Positions 1-9,703 of a stretch of 64,000 nucleotides of DNA are shown here, piece after piece (positions within the stretch are counted from its first letter, which is position 1; every line of letters begins with the position of its first letter). The notes under the pieces are model-generated. The model was not told the DNA's origin. It worked only from the letters and a program-made list of their open reading frames with translations, and did no database searches. The stretch covers positions 26,204-90,203 of the forward strand of contig JAPLWQ010000003.1 of assembly GCA_026396515.1 (NCBI GenBank), given 5' to 3'. Position numbers and translations under genes: made by a program. The stretch is from Candidatus Magasanikiibacteriota bacterium. Its GTDB lineage: Bacteria; Patescibacteriota; Patescibacteriia; Magasanikbacterales; GWA2-37-8.

Positions 1-1
1 A

Positions 2-3000
2 CAGGTTGATGAATATTTGCGGTTGATTCAGGATAAAAAGCTTAATGAGTTGGCGGGCCAGATGCAATCCCTGGATCGTTTATCTCAGGAAATGCGCCTG
101 ATCGGAGATGCTGACATTGCGACACAGGGCTTCCAAGACAGAATAGGTGAATGGAAGGCGCAAATGCGCGGGGTGTCGGAAAGTTTTAATCGGATCAAGG
201 AAGAAGTTAAAAAGGCGCTTGAGGAAGCGCCGGTTATACCTGAAGCGAAAGATACGGGAAAGAAAAATGAAGTGCTGGAAATATCCAAAGGAGATCTGCA
301 AAGCATAGTTGATTATTACTCGCAGGACTTGCTATCCGACAGACAGGAAGCTATTGGAGACGCTGATCTGGGCGTGCTGTCGCGGATTCTTAGCGGTGAA
401 AAATTATCAAGCGAAGAAAGAGAGCAGAAGGCGGTAAAAGATGTCTTGTTTAAACTTAGGCAGCATTTTCAAGTTGCCGAGTTATTATGGGACAGATCAG
501 ATAAAAAAAAGATATGGGGGCCGCGGCATGAGAAGCTAAAAAAATTGGAGCACATATTTTCGACGCGAGCTGAAAAAGTAAAAATTGTTGAGTTGCCGGA
601 GCCATCTGCGACAAGAGAGCCTTCACTTCCTGATGTTGTGCCAGAAAAAGACAGGGCAGAGAAGGGCGAATTAAAAACGATGCGCCCGCTAAAGACGGGT
701 GATGTTTTGGTAGAAAAAAACGGCAAAATTACCCATGAAGTAATGGAAGTGTACAACGCTGATGTGGGCGGGAAAAATTTTAAACAATATAAGGTGTTAA
801 CCAGAGCCAATAGTAAAGCCGCTGAGCAGGTGCTGTCAGAAAAAGATTTAGCCGGACTTAAAATAATACGGACTCCACGGCGGAAGGCGGATGCAGAACC
901 GTCGGCGAAATTGATCGTTGAACCGGTAGATGATAAAGCGGAAGCGGCCGGGGAGATGGAAATTAAAGTGGGGCAAAAGCTTAGGGTAAAAAGAACTTCA
1001 GGTGAAATGGAAGATGGGTGGGAGGTAGTTGTTATAACCGGCAATACAGCCAATGTCAGGAAAAAACTCGAAGGTACTAAGAAGGAAAAATTTATAATAA
1101 AAACAAATATCCCATTTGAATCACTTAGGGAGTGGAATGCGTCTGATGAAAAAATAAAAACGAAGAAGGACAAAAAAGGAAAGGAGAAGGCCGAGGGCGA
1201 AGAAAGTGAAGAAGGCGAAAAGAAGGAAAACAAAGAAGAGGTGGAAACAAATGAGAATATAAAGAAGGAGTTTGCTGAAAAGGCGGAGCTCATGATTGCT
1301 GAATATACTAAAAAAATTGAGTTAGTAAAGGATAAATATCCAAAGTTTTATGCCGAGTTTTTTCCGAATGTGAAGCGAATGGAAGAAACTTTGGTAAAAG
1401 AACTTCAGGAAGTTGAAGCTAAGATGCAGGGTGCGACCGGAGGAAAGAAAAAATCTTCCGGTAACAAGATGAGTATTAAAGGTTTTCTGTCGGAATCCGA
1501 GGGAATATTTGAATATCAAAAATTTGTAATGGAGACAGCGCTTCAGTGGCTTTTAACTGATCCGGAAGCTACACGCTGGATTGTAAAAGAAAGAGCGAGG
1601 GTGGCTCCGGAAGAACCGGTAACGCCGGGCGTTGAGCCGGCTGAGGTGCAACTGCCCACGGAATCTTTGCCGATGGCCGTAGAATCACCCGCGGCGCCCG
1701 CAGAAGAACCGGTAAAAAAATCGTGGTGGCAAAGGGCTAAAGAAAAAATTGGTTTTGTGGCCAACAAAGAAACCGGCAAAGTGGCGGCTGATGTGGCGTA
1801 TAAAACAGTGACTTCTGTATTCGGCGTGAAAACCGCCACTGACTTGGTTGGCGCGTTAGCGGGTGTATTTAAAAGTGAACTAGGTTTTGGCGACATTCAC
1901 AAGCATCGCGTTAGCGCCAGTGAGATGAAGGGAGAAAAAGCACTGATGAAAGAGTACCTGAAAGATGTTTTTGAGGGAGGAGAAAAAATTGAGGAAAAAA
2001 TGAATGCCTTGCGTGCGAATATTGAAAGTGCGACGCATATCGCAAAAAAAGACAGAGAGGCGCTGTTAAATAATTTGCAGCGTATTGCTTCAGAATATAC
2101 TTCGGCCACTGAAGAGGCCGCGAAAGAACGGGATAAAAAAGTGGAGTCGCTCCTTAAGATTTACATGAAAAACAAAGTTTCCGGCATGACTTTGGCTAAG
2201 GACTTGTTAAATACCGCGCTAACCGCCACTGGAATGTCCATGGTTCGCGGTGCGGTCTACGCGTCTATGTCTGTCGGTGAGCGCTTGTTGAAATCGGAAA
2301 GAGAATTTGAAATGAAAAAAGCCGGGCGCACCGGTGAAGAAGAGAAAGCGGCTGAATCAAAAGCCGGGTTTGTCTTAAAAGATTTGACAGTCAACGCGGC
2401 TGTGGAAACAGCCCGCAGTTTGGTGTTCATGGGCGCGAAAAAAGAAACCAAAGGGGCGGGCAGAGTTATTGATTTTATGCGGGCCGCAGGTACTGTAGCC
2501 CGAGGTTTTGGTATATATGGCTTGGCGCTCACCGACTCAATGTCGCCGGCTGAAACGCTTGAGGCGTTTATGAGCAAGGTTGGGGAGCAAGGAATAACCT
2601 GCACCATAAAAGATGATTTTATTGTAAATGCTGAACGGGCAATCCAGTTATACGCGCATCCGATTGACACGATTTCAAGCCGTTTTGGAGATAAGGCGCC
2701 AGCGGGTGAACACGCGGCCCTACCGTCCGAGACAGCAGGGCATGGAATGTCTCCGGAAATGGCTATTTTGCAAAAATATCATTTGGAATCAGTTGAAATG
2801 GATCCTGACCAATTGAATCAGGCGGTGATTAAACTTGGACAGCTTGAAAAATCCGGTGTTAGTTTAATGGCCTTGCAACAGTTGGCTGAAGGCGGCATTA
2901 CGCCGGAAGAAATGTCAGCTATGGATAATGTTTTGGCTCTGGCAAACGGACGACCGGAAGTAATGGCGGAATTTTCTCAGGCCATCATGGCCGGCCATTC

Positions 3001-4447
3001 GCCGCAGGAAATATTTGAATCAACGCAAGTCCATAAAGGAGATGGCCTTGAGAGAGTATTACAAAGACAATTAAAAATGAATCCGGAGGCTCTCGGCTTC
3101 AAAGGTGATCTGAATGACCAGCAAGCGATTCAGCGCTGGGCCGGCCACGAGGCAAGCGTGATCGCCCAAAAGCAGGGCTTGGCAGACAAATATTTTGTGT
3201 TTCATGAAGATCGTCCGCAATTTCTTGTGTTGCACAAAGATGGCAGTGTTGACGTGGGAGGCAGATTGTATCAGGAGATTCCCAAACCGCCTGCGGAATT
3301 GGCCGGGGAAACAACTGTTGAAACCGGAGACAAGGTTAATCCTGTGCAGGAGCTGATAGACGCGAAAACGGGACAGCCGGTTTATATGACCGACGCTGAA
3401 CGGTCGGAATATGACAGGTTGGTGCGCAATGAGGATTATGACAATGCCATGGCATACATGTTGCATGCCAAGGAGCATGGGCCGGTCTATGAATTGTCTG
3501 ATGGCCGTGAAATTCACCGTTCTGGTGTGACGGAATGGGTTGGCGGGAAGCCGGAGATAGTGGTTACCGGAGATGTTAGGATCGGGTTTACGGAGGATGA
3601 GACGGGGTTAAGGTCGAATACATTGAATGTAACTGAAAATACAAACCGGCTATATGAAAACTTTAGTGTTAATCTGGCGCATAATGGTATGGTACAGGAA
3701 GGTTTTACCCCGGCTTATGTTGATGAAGGTTGGGGTACAAGAGCGGATGAATGGGTTATGAAAAACGAATTGATCCGAGCGACACAATTTTATGAAGCGC
3801 TTAATCAGACCAGCGATCCCGCCGAACGCCAGGCTCTTTTAGATAGCTTACATAGATCGATTCTTGACGCCAGCGCTTCTGCCGGAGTACACCCGGACCA
3901 GATGTTTAATAAAGAATTTTTGGATAAGGTTCATTATGGCGAAGAGGCGCCTGTTAGGGGTTCAGACGCGTCAATCACGGAAACAGGGGAATCGCGCAGG
4001 GCCGCAACTTATGAAGAAATAGTTCGAAGAGCGCAAGAAGAAGTGGCGAGCACAGAGGAAACAGCGCCAAGCGGCCGTACAACCGCCGATGTTGAACAGT
4101 CGTCCGATGAAATGTTTGATGATTTAGACCGCACCACTACCGGTTTTAATAGATTTTTTGACAAGGGTGCTAATTTTCACGAGCGGATGACAGTTTTACG
4201 TGAAACGCTTAAGCCGGGTGAGCGCACATATTTCAATAATGTCGAATATCTTTATGATGGCGGTAAAGTTCATTACAAAATGGGCAGTATTGTCGGAATT
4301 TTGGATACTCCGCAGGAAGCCAACGCACTGGCTGATATGGATTATTTGTACAGGATGAAATCGATGGAAATGCAGAATAGCGACAGCGAGGCGGCTAAGG
4401 ATTTTACGCGGGCGATGGATGTATTGAGAGGCGGTTCGGACAGTTGA
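2..4447 (+). CDS. Giant hypothetical protein (>1480 aa, 5'-truncated by the window edge); charged coiled-coil segments, SH3-like modules, hydrophobic helices and a LysM-like motif
   Basis: Frame is open from position 2 (cag gtt gat gaa tat ttg), so it begins upstream. Contains KVGQKLRVKRTSGEMEDGWEVV (SH3-like), VHKGDGLERVLQRQL (LysM-like) and Glu/Lys-rich linkers. Confidence 0.75.
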   Translation, partial: QVDEYLRLIQDKKLNELAGQMQSLDRLSQEMRLIGDADIATQGFQDRIGEWKAQMRGVSESFNRIKEEVKKALEEAPVIPEAKDTGKKNEVLEISKGDLQSIVDYYSQDLLSDRQEAIGDADLGVLSRILSGEKLSSEEREQKAVKDVLFKLRQHFQVAELLWDRSDKKKIWGPRHEKLKKLEHIFSTRAEKVKIVELPEPSATREPSLPDVVPEKDRAEKGELKTMRPLKTGDVLVEKNGKITHEVMEVYNADVGGKNFKQYKVLTRANSKAAEQVLSEKDLAGLKIIRTPRRKADAEPSAKLIVEPVDDKAEAAGEMEIKVGQKLRVKRTSGEMEDGWEVVVITGNTANVRKKLEGTKKEKFIIKTNIPFESLREWNASDEKIKTKKDKKGKEKAEGEESEEGEKKENKEEVETNENIKKEFAEKAELMIAEYTKKIELVKDKYPKFYAEFFPNVKRMEETLVKELQEVEAKMQGATGGKKKSSGNKMSIKGFLSESEGIFEYQKFVMETALQWLLTDPEATRWIVKERARVAPEEPVTPGVEPAEVQLPTESLPMAVESPAAPAEEPVKKSWWQRAKEKIGFVANKETGKVAADVAYKTVTSVFGVKTATDLVGALAGVFKSELGFGDIHKHRVSASEMKGEKALMKEYLKDVFEGGEKIEEKMNALRANIESATHIAKKDREALLNNLQRIASEYTSATEEAAKERDKKVESLLKIYMKNKVSGMTLAKDLLNTALTATGMSMVRGAVYASMSVGERLLKSEREFEMKKAGRTGEEEKAAESKAGFVLKDLTVNAAVETARSLVFMGAKKETKGAGRVIDFMRAAGTVARGFGIYGLALTDSMSPAETLEAFMSKVGEQGITCTIKDDFIVNAERAIQLYAHPIDTISSRFGDKAPAGEHAALPSETAGHGMSPEMAILQKYHLESVEMDPDQLNQAVIKLGQLEKSGVSLMALQQLAEGGITPEEMSAMDNVLALANGRPEVMAEFSQAIMAGHSPQEIFESTQVHKGDGLERVLQRQLKMNPEALGFKGDLNDQQAIQRWAGHEASVIAQKQGLADKYFVFHEDRPQFLVLHKDGSVDVGGRLYQEIPKPPAELAGETTVETGDKVNPVQELIDAKTGQPVYMTDAERSEYDRLVRNEDYDNAMAYMLHAKEHGPVYELSDGREIHRSGVTEWVGGKPEIVVTGDVRIGFTEDETGLRSNTLNVTENTNRLYENFSVNLAHNGMVQEGFTPAYVDEGWGTRADEWVMKNELIRATQFYEALNQTSDPAERQALLDSLHRSILDASASAGVHPDQMFNKEFLDKVHYGEEAPVRGSDASITETGESRRAATYEEIVRRAQEEVASTEETAPSGRTTADVEQSSDEMFDDLDRTTTGFNRFFDKGANFHERMTVLRETLKPGERTYFNNVEYLYDGGKVHYKMGSIVGILDTPQEANALADMDYLYRMKSMEMQNSDSEAAKDFTRAMDVLRGGSDS

Positions 4448-4527
4448 AATTCCTAGCGTGCGGAAGACGGTTGTAACATTTTACCGGCGTTAAGCATTAT
4501 ATTAATATATTCACTAATTAATCGCAT

Positions 4528-6588
4528 ATGCTTCAAAGAGAAGTCGGGACGAAAATCGGTTTCGCCATTTTAGCTGTGATTTTTGTTATTTGCGGCGGAA
4601 TTCTCGTTTTTGCCGCCACGCGCGGCGATCTTAAAGTAGTGCTGGAAAATTCCATTATTGGAAAAAAAATCGGCGCGGAAAAATTATCAGGCGTTGTAGC
4701 TGAAGTTAAGAAGTTCGCTTCAGCCGATGAATTTAAGAAATATCTTGCTGAGCACGCGCAACAATCCAATAATTACGGTTTTGGCATAGGCGGCGGTGAA
4801 ATGCGCACGATGGTGGCGCAAGATAGCGCCATGGGACTGGCTCAACCGGTAGGTATTGGTATGGCGGAGAAAGGTTCAGAAACGGCGACGGCGCCATCGG
4901 CCGGACGAGTTTCTGAAACCAATGTGCAGGTGGCCGGCATTGATGAGCCGGATATCGTAAAAACCGACGGCAAAGAAATTTATTTTTCACGGTTCGGCGG
5001 ATATTATCCGTATATGCGCGCCGTGCCGATGAATGGCGCAGCGGAAAAAATGATTGCCCCGCCATACTACAACCAGGGAGAAACAAAGTTGATCGCCGCT
5101 TTTCCGCCTGAATCAATGAAGGAAGATTCAAAGCTGGATAAGAGTGGCGACCTGTTGCTCGACGGCAATATTATGATGGTTTTCGCGAGTGACAATAAAA
5201 TATATGCTTATGATGTGAAGGACAAGGCCAACCCAAAAGAATTGTGGACCGCTAAACTTGGCGACCGCGAAAATTTAGTTGGCGCCCGCTTGATGAACAG
5301 TAAAATATATCTGACAACACAAAGCGGAGTTGATTACGGTAAGCCGTGCCCGATAGTGCCTTTAACCGTCGGCAAAGATGAGGTGAGCATCTCTTGTACT
5401 GATATTTATTATCCAACTTCAGCATCCGGCGCCGATGTTACCTATGATTTCGTAGTGATGGACACTTTGACCGGTGCGGTGGAGAAAAAAACGGCTTTTG
5501 TCGGTTCATCCGGACAAACCGTTTTTTATATGTCTGAAAATGCCATCTATTTGACCTTCCAAACGGAAGTTGATTCGGTAAAAGTAGCTTATGATTTCTT
5601 TTCCGAAAATAAGGATCTGGTGCCGGATTGGGTAATAGAACGCCTGAATAAAGTGAAAGGGTATGACTTAAGCATGAACGCGAAACAGACGGAATTGCAA
5701 TCCATATTACAGCAATATACCAACTCGTTGAATAATGACGACATGCTTAAAATGCAAAATGAAATGTCCAACCGGATGGACAAATTTTATCTGAATCATC
5801 GGCGTGATTTGGATATTACCGGCATAGTAAAAATTTCTTTGAACGACTTTAAAGCGATTGCCGGAGCGGTGCCGGGCCACCCTCTTAATCAATTCTCGCT
5901 TGATGAATACGACAAACATTTGCGCGTCGCCATGACTGTGGGTGATCGCTGGTGGGGAATGGGCGGATTCGGCGGTACGGGTAAAACAGTAAGCGATGTA
6001 TATGTGCTCGATAATGATTTGAATATCGTCGGGTCGGTTAAAGATCTTGGTGAAACCGAGCGTATATATTCCGTGCGCTTTTTAGCAGACCGCGGATATG
6101 TGGTTACTTTCAGGGAAACTGATCCGTTTTACGTATTAGATCTGGCAAATCCGAAAAATCCTTTATTGAGAGGCGAGCTAAAAATTCCGGGGTTTTCTTC
6201 CTACCTGCATCCGCTTGGGGCTCATAAAGTTTTGGGTATTGGCCGTGAAGACGGAAAGGTAAAGCTGTCAATTTTTGACGCCACTTCTCCGGAAAATCCG
6301 AAAGAGCTCTCAAAATATATCCTGAGTGAATACTGGTCCGAGGCCATTAATAACCACCATGCCTTTCTCTTGGATGAAAAACATAAAGTATTTTTCATTC
6401 CCGGCGGACAGGGCGGGTATGTGTTCGGGTATGACAAAGATGAGTTGACGCTTAAAAAAGCTGTTAGCGAATCACAGGTGCAAAGAGCGATATATCTGGA
6501 CGACTACATGTATCTGATTGGCAATGACAAGATTACGGTTTTGGACGAAAAGAGCTGGGAAAAAGTCAAAGAATTTGAGCTGAAGTAA
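4528..6588 (+). CDS. Membrane-anchored/secreted beta-propeller domain protein (Beta_propel-like)
   Basis: N-terminal TM helix; SETNVQVAGIDEPDIVKTDG, NQFSLDE, ERIYSVRF, VVTFRETDPFYVLDL and GELKIPGFSSYLHP are characteristic of this family. Confidence 0.85.
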   Translation: MLQREVGTKIGFAILAVIFVICGGILVFAATRGDLKVVLENSIIGKKIGAEKLSGVVAEVKKFASADEFKKYLAEHAQQSNNYGFGIGGGEMRTMVAQDSAMGLAQPVGIGMAEKGSETATAPSAGRVSETNVQVAGIDEPDIVKTDGKEIYFSRFGGYYPYMRAVPMNGAAEKMIAPPYYNQGETKLIAAFPPESMKEDSKLDKSGDLLLDGNIMMVFASDNKIYAYDVKDKANPKELWTAKLGDRENLVGARLMNSKIYLTTQSGVDYGKPCPIVPLTVGKDEVSISCTDIYYPTSASGADVTYDFVVMDTLTGAVEKKTAFVGSSGQTVFYMSENAIYLTFQTEVDSVKVAYDFFSENKDLVPDWVIERLNKVKGYDLSMNAKQTELQSILQQYTNSLNNDDMLKMQNEMSNRMDKFYLNHRRDLDITGIVKISLNDFKAIAGAVPGHPLNQFSLDEYDKHLRVAMTVGDRWWGMGGFGGTGKTVSDVYVLDNDLNIVGSVKDLGETERIYSVRFLADRGYVVTFRETDPFYVLDLANPKNPLLRGELKIPGFSSYLHPLGAHKVLGIGREDGKVKLSIFDATSPENPKELSKYILSEYWSEAINNHHAFLLDEKHKVFFIPGGQGGYVFGYDKDELTLKKAVSESQVQRAIYLDDYMYLIGNDKITVLDEKSWEKVKEFELK

Positions 6589-6669
6589 GCGTTGGTGTAA
6601 AAGAATGCTATAATATAAAGGAGCGCTCGCAGGCGTTCCTTTATCAGTTCAAGATCCTGATAGAGGTGC

Positions 6670-6698
6670 TTGACAAAATTTCAATAATTATATAGTAT
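6670..6698 (+). promoter_or_regulatory. sigma70-type promoter for the Zn-finger/rplY unit
   Basis: TTGACA (6670-6675), 17 bp, TAGTAT (6693-6698); 10 nt separate the -10 from the ATG. Confidence 0.65.
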
Positions 6699-6708
6699 AT
6701 CGGCACTT

Positions 6709-7047
6709 ATGTTTCCGGCAAAAAATGGTCGGCTATCCTGGCAGGAGGCCTTAAAATTCATCAATAAATGCCCGGTTTGCGGCGTTGAATACGTACCAGA
6801 GAAGGCAAGATTGTTCGCTCAAAACGAAAAAGCCAATCTGGTGCACATCTCGTGCAAATCATGCCACGGTAATTTTATCGCCATGGTTTTGGTCATGCAA
6901 GGCGGAATCAGTACTATTGGCATGGTGAGCGACCTGAATTTTGAAGATGCCAAGCGTTTACACGTTCTGCCGCCGGTTAATATCGACGAGCTAATTGAAG
7001 GAAGAAAGTATATCAATAACAATGATTTAATATTAAAGATTGTGTGA
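6709..7047 (+). CDS. Small hypothetical Zn-ribbon protein
   Basis: CPVC...HISCKSC; stop codon lies 1 nt before the rplY ATG. Confidence 0.75.
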   Translation: MFPAKNGRLSWQEALKFINKCPVCGVEYVPEKARLFAQNEKANLVHISCKSCHGNFIAMVLVMQGGISTIGMVSDLNFEDAKRLHVLPPVNIDELIEGRKYINNNDLILKIV

Positions 7048-7048
7048 T

Positions 7049-7735
7049 ATGTATAAATTGTCTGCTACAAAACGGGAAATAAAAGGTGAAAAAGTCAGAC
7101 GAGAAGGACTTTTGCCCGCTGTTATTTACGGAGCCGGTGGAGAGACCGTATCGCTTACGCTTGCCTATTCCGAATTTGTAAAATTATATGATGAAGCCGG
7201 CGAGTCAAGTTTGATTGATTTGGCTGTGGAAAATAAAGATGCCGGCAAGGTGTTGATTCATGAAGTGCAATTTGATCCGGTGAAGGGTCAGCCGATACAT
7301 GTGGATTTACGCCGAATTGATATGAGTAAACCGATTACCGCGAACGTGGCATTGGTTTTTGTCGGTGAAGCCCCGGCCATTAAAGAGTTGGGCGGCACGT
7401 TAGTTAAAAATTTCGAGGAAGTGGAAGTGGAATGCTTGCCGAAAGATTTGGTAAATCATATTGATGTTGACTTGTCCGTGCTGGCCACATTTGATCTCTC
7501 AATCAAAGTGTCTGACTTGAAGATACCGTCAGGAATGACGATTATTGAACCGTCGACAGATGTTGTGGTGGTAAAAGCCCAGCCGGCCCTGACTGAAGAA
7601 CAGATTAAAGCAATGGAAGAAGAATCAAGCGCTGCTGTTGATGTTACCAAAATTGAATCGGCTGTTTCCAAGAAGGAAAAGGAAGGGGAAGAGGGGGAAG
7701 CTGCCGCTGCTCCGGCTGTTGAAGAAAAAAAATAA
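7049..7735 (+). CDS. rplY: 50S ribosomal protein L25/Ctc
   Basis: RREGLLPAVIYG, EVQFDPVKGQPIHVDL, VEVECLPKDL; ATG at 7049 preferred over the upstream TTG. Confidence 0.95.
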   Translation: MYKLSATKREIKGEKVRREGLLPAVIYGAGGETVSLTLAYSEFVKLYDEAGESSLIDLAVENKDAGKVLIHEVQFDPVKGQPIHVDLRRIDMSKPITANVALVFVGEAPAIKELGGTLVKNFEEVEVECLPKDLVNHIDVDLSVLATFDLSIKVSDLKIPSGMTIIEPSTDVVVVKAQPALTEEQIKAMEEESSAAVDVTKIESAVSKKEKEGEEGEAAAAPAVEEKK

Positions 7736-7744
7736 TATAAGCCA

Positions 7745-7780
7745 AAAAACACGGGAATGTTGCTTTCCGTGTTTTTGTTT
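7745..7780 (+). terminator. Intrinsic terminator after rplY
   Basis: AAAAACACGG...CCGTGTTTTT inverted repeat followed by a T run. Confidence 0.75.
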
Positions 7781-7802
7781 TATATGATATGATTATACAC
7801 AT

Positions 7803-8849
7803 ATGAAAAATCGCGATTTAATCCTGATGATTGCCGCCATTATCCTGTTTGCGGCGGTTATTTGTTTTGTTGTTTATATTATTTTTTTCAATGACCGCGG
7901 AGACAGCGGAAATTTTTCCGGCCAGGCCACATCAACCGCGAAAGAAAGCCCCTATAAAAGCCGTCTGACCGGACTGTCCGTGGAAAAAGAGGAATACGTA
8001 TCGCCTAAAATTATCGGTATAATGATTGATAATAATCCGGAGGCATATCCGCAATCCGGCCTAAACGAGGCTGCAGTTGTCTATGAGGCGCCGGTAGAAG
8101 GCGGTATCAGCCGTTTTTTGGCAATCTATCCTGAATATGCCAATGTGGAAAAGGTAGGACCGGTGCGCAGCGCTCGTCCCTATTATATTGATTGGATTCA
8201 AGAGTATGGCACCGCGTTATATATGCATTGCGGCGGGTCGCAAGAAGGATTAACCGAAATAAAAGTGAGGGGAATTTTCGACGCTAATGAATTTTTCCGC
8301 GGTTCATATTATTGGCGTGAAAATTTACGAAGCGCGCCATACAACCTTTATACAAGCAGTGAAAAATGGCAGAAATATTTTATTGACTACGGCGAAGCGC
8401 AAGAATATCCTGACTGGCAAATGTGGAATTTTGGAGAAATTTCAACAGCAACCGATACGGAAAATATTTCCTCTTTCGACATTGAATATATCAAAAGATT
8501 TGCTGTCGGTTGGCAATATATTTCTGCGTCAGGAACGTATCAGAGAAAATTAAATGGCGAGACATTTTTAGATGATAAAAATGTTCCTATTTCCGCCTCA
8601 AATATTATAGTGCAATTTGCTTCAGTTAGGGTGATCGATGAAATTGGCCGAAGAAAAATCACCTCCGTTGGTGAAGGTGAAGCCAGATTATTTCGCGATG
8701 GTTTGATGTTTAGGGGTGTTTGGAAAAAGGAAACCGAGTCGGGCAGAACAAGATTTTATACCAGAGAAGGCAAAGAAATGGTATTAACTCCCGGGCGCAC
8801 TTGGATAATGGTCGTGCCGGAAAAATCCGTGCTTAACGTTTCAAATTAA
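7803..8849 (+). CDS. DUF3048 (YerB-like) membrane-anchored protein
   Basis: IMIDN.PEAYPQSGL..A.VVYE..VEGGISRF, GPVRSARPY, HCGGS, APYNLY. Confidence 0.85.
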   Translation: MKNRDLILMIAAIILFAAVICFVVYIIFFNDRGDSGNFSGQATSTAKESPYKSRLTGLSVEKEEYVSPKIIGIMIDNNPEAYPQSGLNEAAVVYEAPVEGGISRFLAIYPEYANVEKVGPVRSARPYYIDWIQEYGTALYMHCGGSQEGLTEIKVRGIFDANEFFRGSYYWRENLRSAPYNLYTSSEKWQKYFIDYGEAQEYPDWQMWNFGEISTATDTENISSFDIEYIKRFAVGWQYISASGTYQRKLNGETFLDDKNVPISASNIIVQFASVRVIDEIGRRKITSVGEGEARLFRDGLMFRGVWKKETESGRTRFYTREGKEMVLTPGRTWIMVVPEKSVLNVSN

Positions 8850-9703
8850 TTATTGACTTCGATATTAATTATACGGTCGCGTCCGGCCAAGTCCTTTTTT
8901 ATTTCAACGCTGGCTTGCGGAAAATATCCTTTTGCCAAGTCTGAAAAAGCAGTTGACTGGCGCGGGTCTATCTCGCAGAGTAATATCAATTTAACGTCAT
9001 TATTCGGTAAAGCAGCTATTTGCGTAAATAATTTTTCATAAAGCGTTAAGCCGTTTTTGGTGTCGGCGACCAGGGCGGTCTTTGGCTCGTGTTGGATACT
9101 CGGCTCACCGGCAAATTGTTCATTTGTAAGGTAGGGGAGATTAGCGGTGATGATAATTGATTCTATACCTTCGGTAATGTTTTTCCAACGCCTGATTAAT
9201 GGCGATAATAATGAGCCGCGCAGAAATTTTATATTTACGTCGCGAAGTTTGGAATTCTTTTTAGCGACGCGTAAAGCAGCGCGGGAAATGTCTATGGCGA
9301 ATGTTTCAGTGCCTTCACGTTTTAGTGTTTTTATAGCCGCAATCGGAACGCAACCGGAGCCTGCGCCGATATCAATCAATATAATAGTTCGACTTTTCTC
9401 TATTTTTTTTATAGTTTCTTCAACCAATAATTCTGTTTCCGGTCTGGGAATCAGAACATGCCGGTTAACAATAAAATTGAGACCAAAAAATTCTTTCTGT
9501 CCGGTTATATAGGCCAATGGCAGCCCTTCGCGTAATTGGCGTATTGCTTTTGATATTTTACAATATTGCCAAAATGTCAGTTTGTATTCAGGGTGAGCAA
9601 GTACAAATGCGCGATCTCGTCCGGTGGCGCATCCGATAATTATTTCAATTTCAGCGATTCTATCCGGCGGACTGGATTTTTTAATGTCGTCAATTCTTTT
9701 CAT
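8846..9703 (-). CDS. prmC: Release factor glutamine methyltransferase
   Basis: PLAYITGQKEFFG, VLIPRPETE, DIGAGSG, ANLPY, EPKTAL; downstream of prfA. Confidence 0.93.
   Translation of the reverse strand: MKRIDDIKKSSPPDRIAEIEIIIGCATGRDRAFVLAHPEYKLTFWQYCKISKAIRQLREGLPLAYITGQKEFFGLNFIVNRHVLIPRPETELLVEETIKKIEKSRTIILIDIGAGSGCVPIAAIKTLKREGTETFAIDISRAALRVAKKNSKLRDVNIKFLRGSLLSPLIRRWKNITEGIESIIITANLPYLTNEQFAGEPSIQHEPKTALVADTKNGLTLYEKLFTQIAALPNNDVKLILLCEIDPRQSTAFSDLAKGYFPQASVEIKKDLAGRDRIINIEVNN

Noticed and set aside
469-2670. Long antisense ORFs (274, 117 and 137 aa) opposite the giant gene, and similar ones opposite pgk, valS, argS and secD
   Set aside because: Ser/Phe-rich mirror translations of Glu/Lys-rich sense genes, with no independent motifs.
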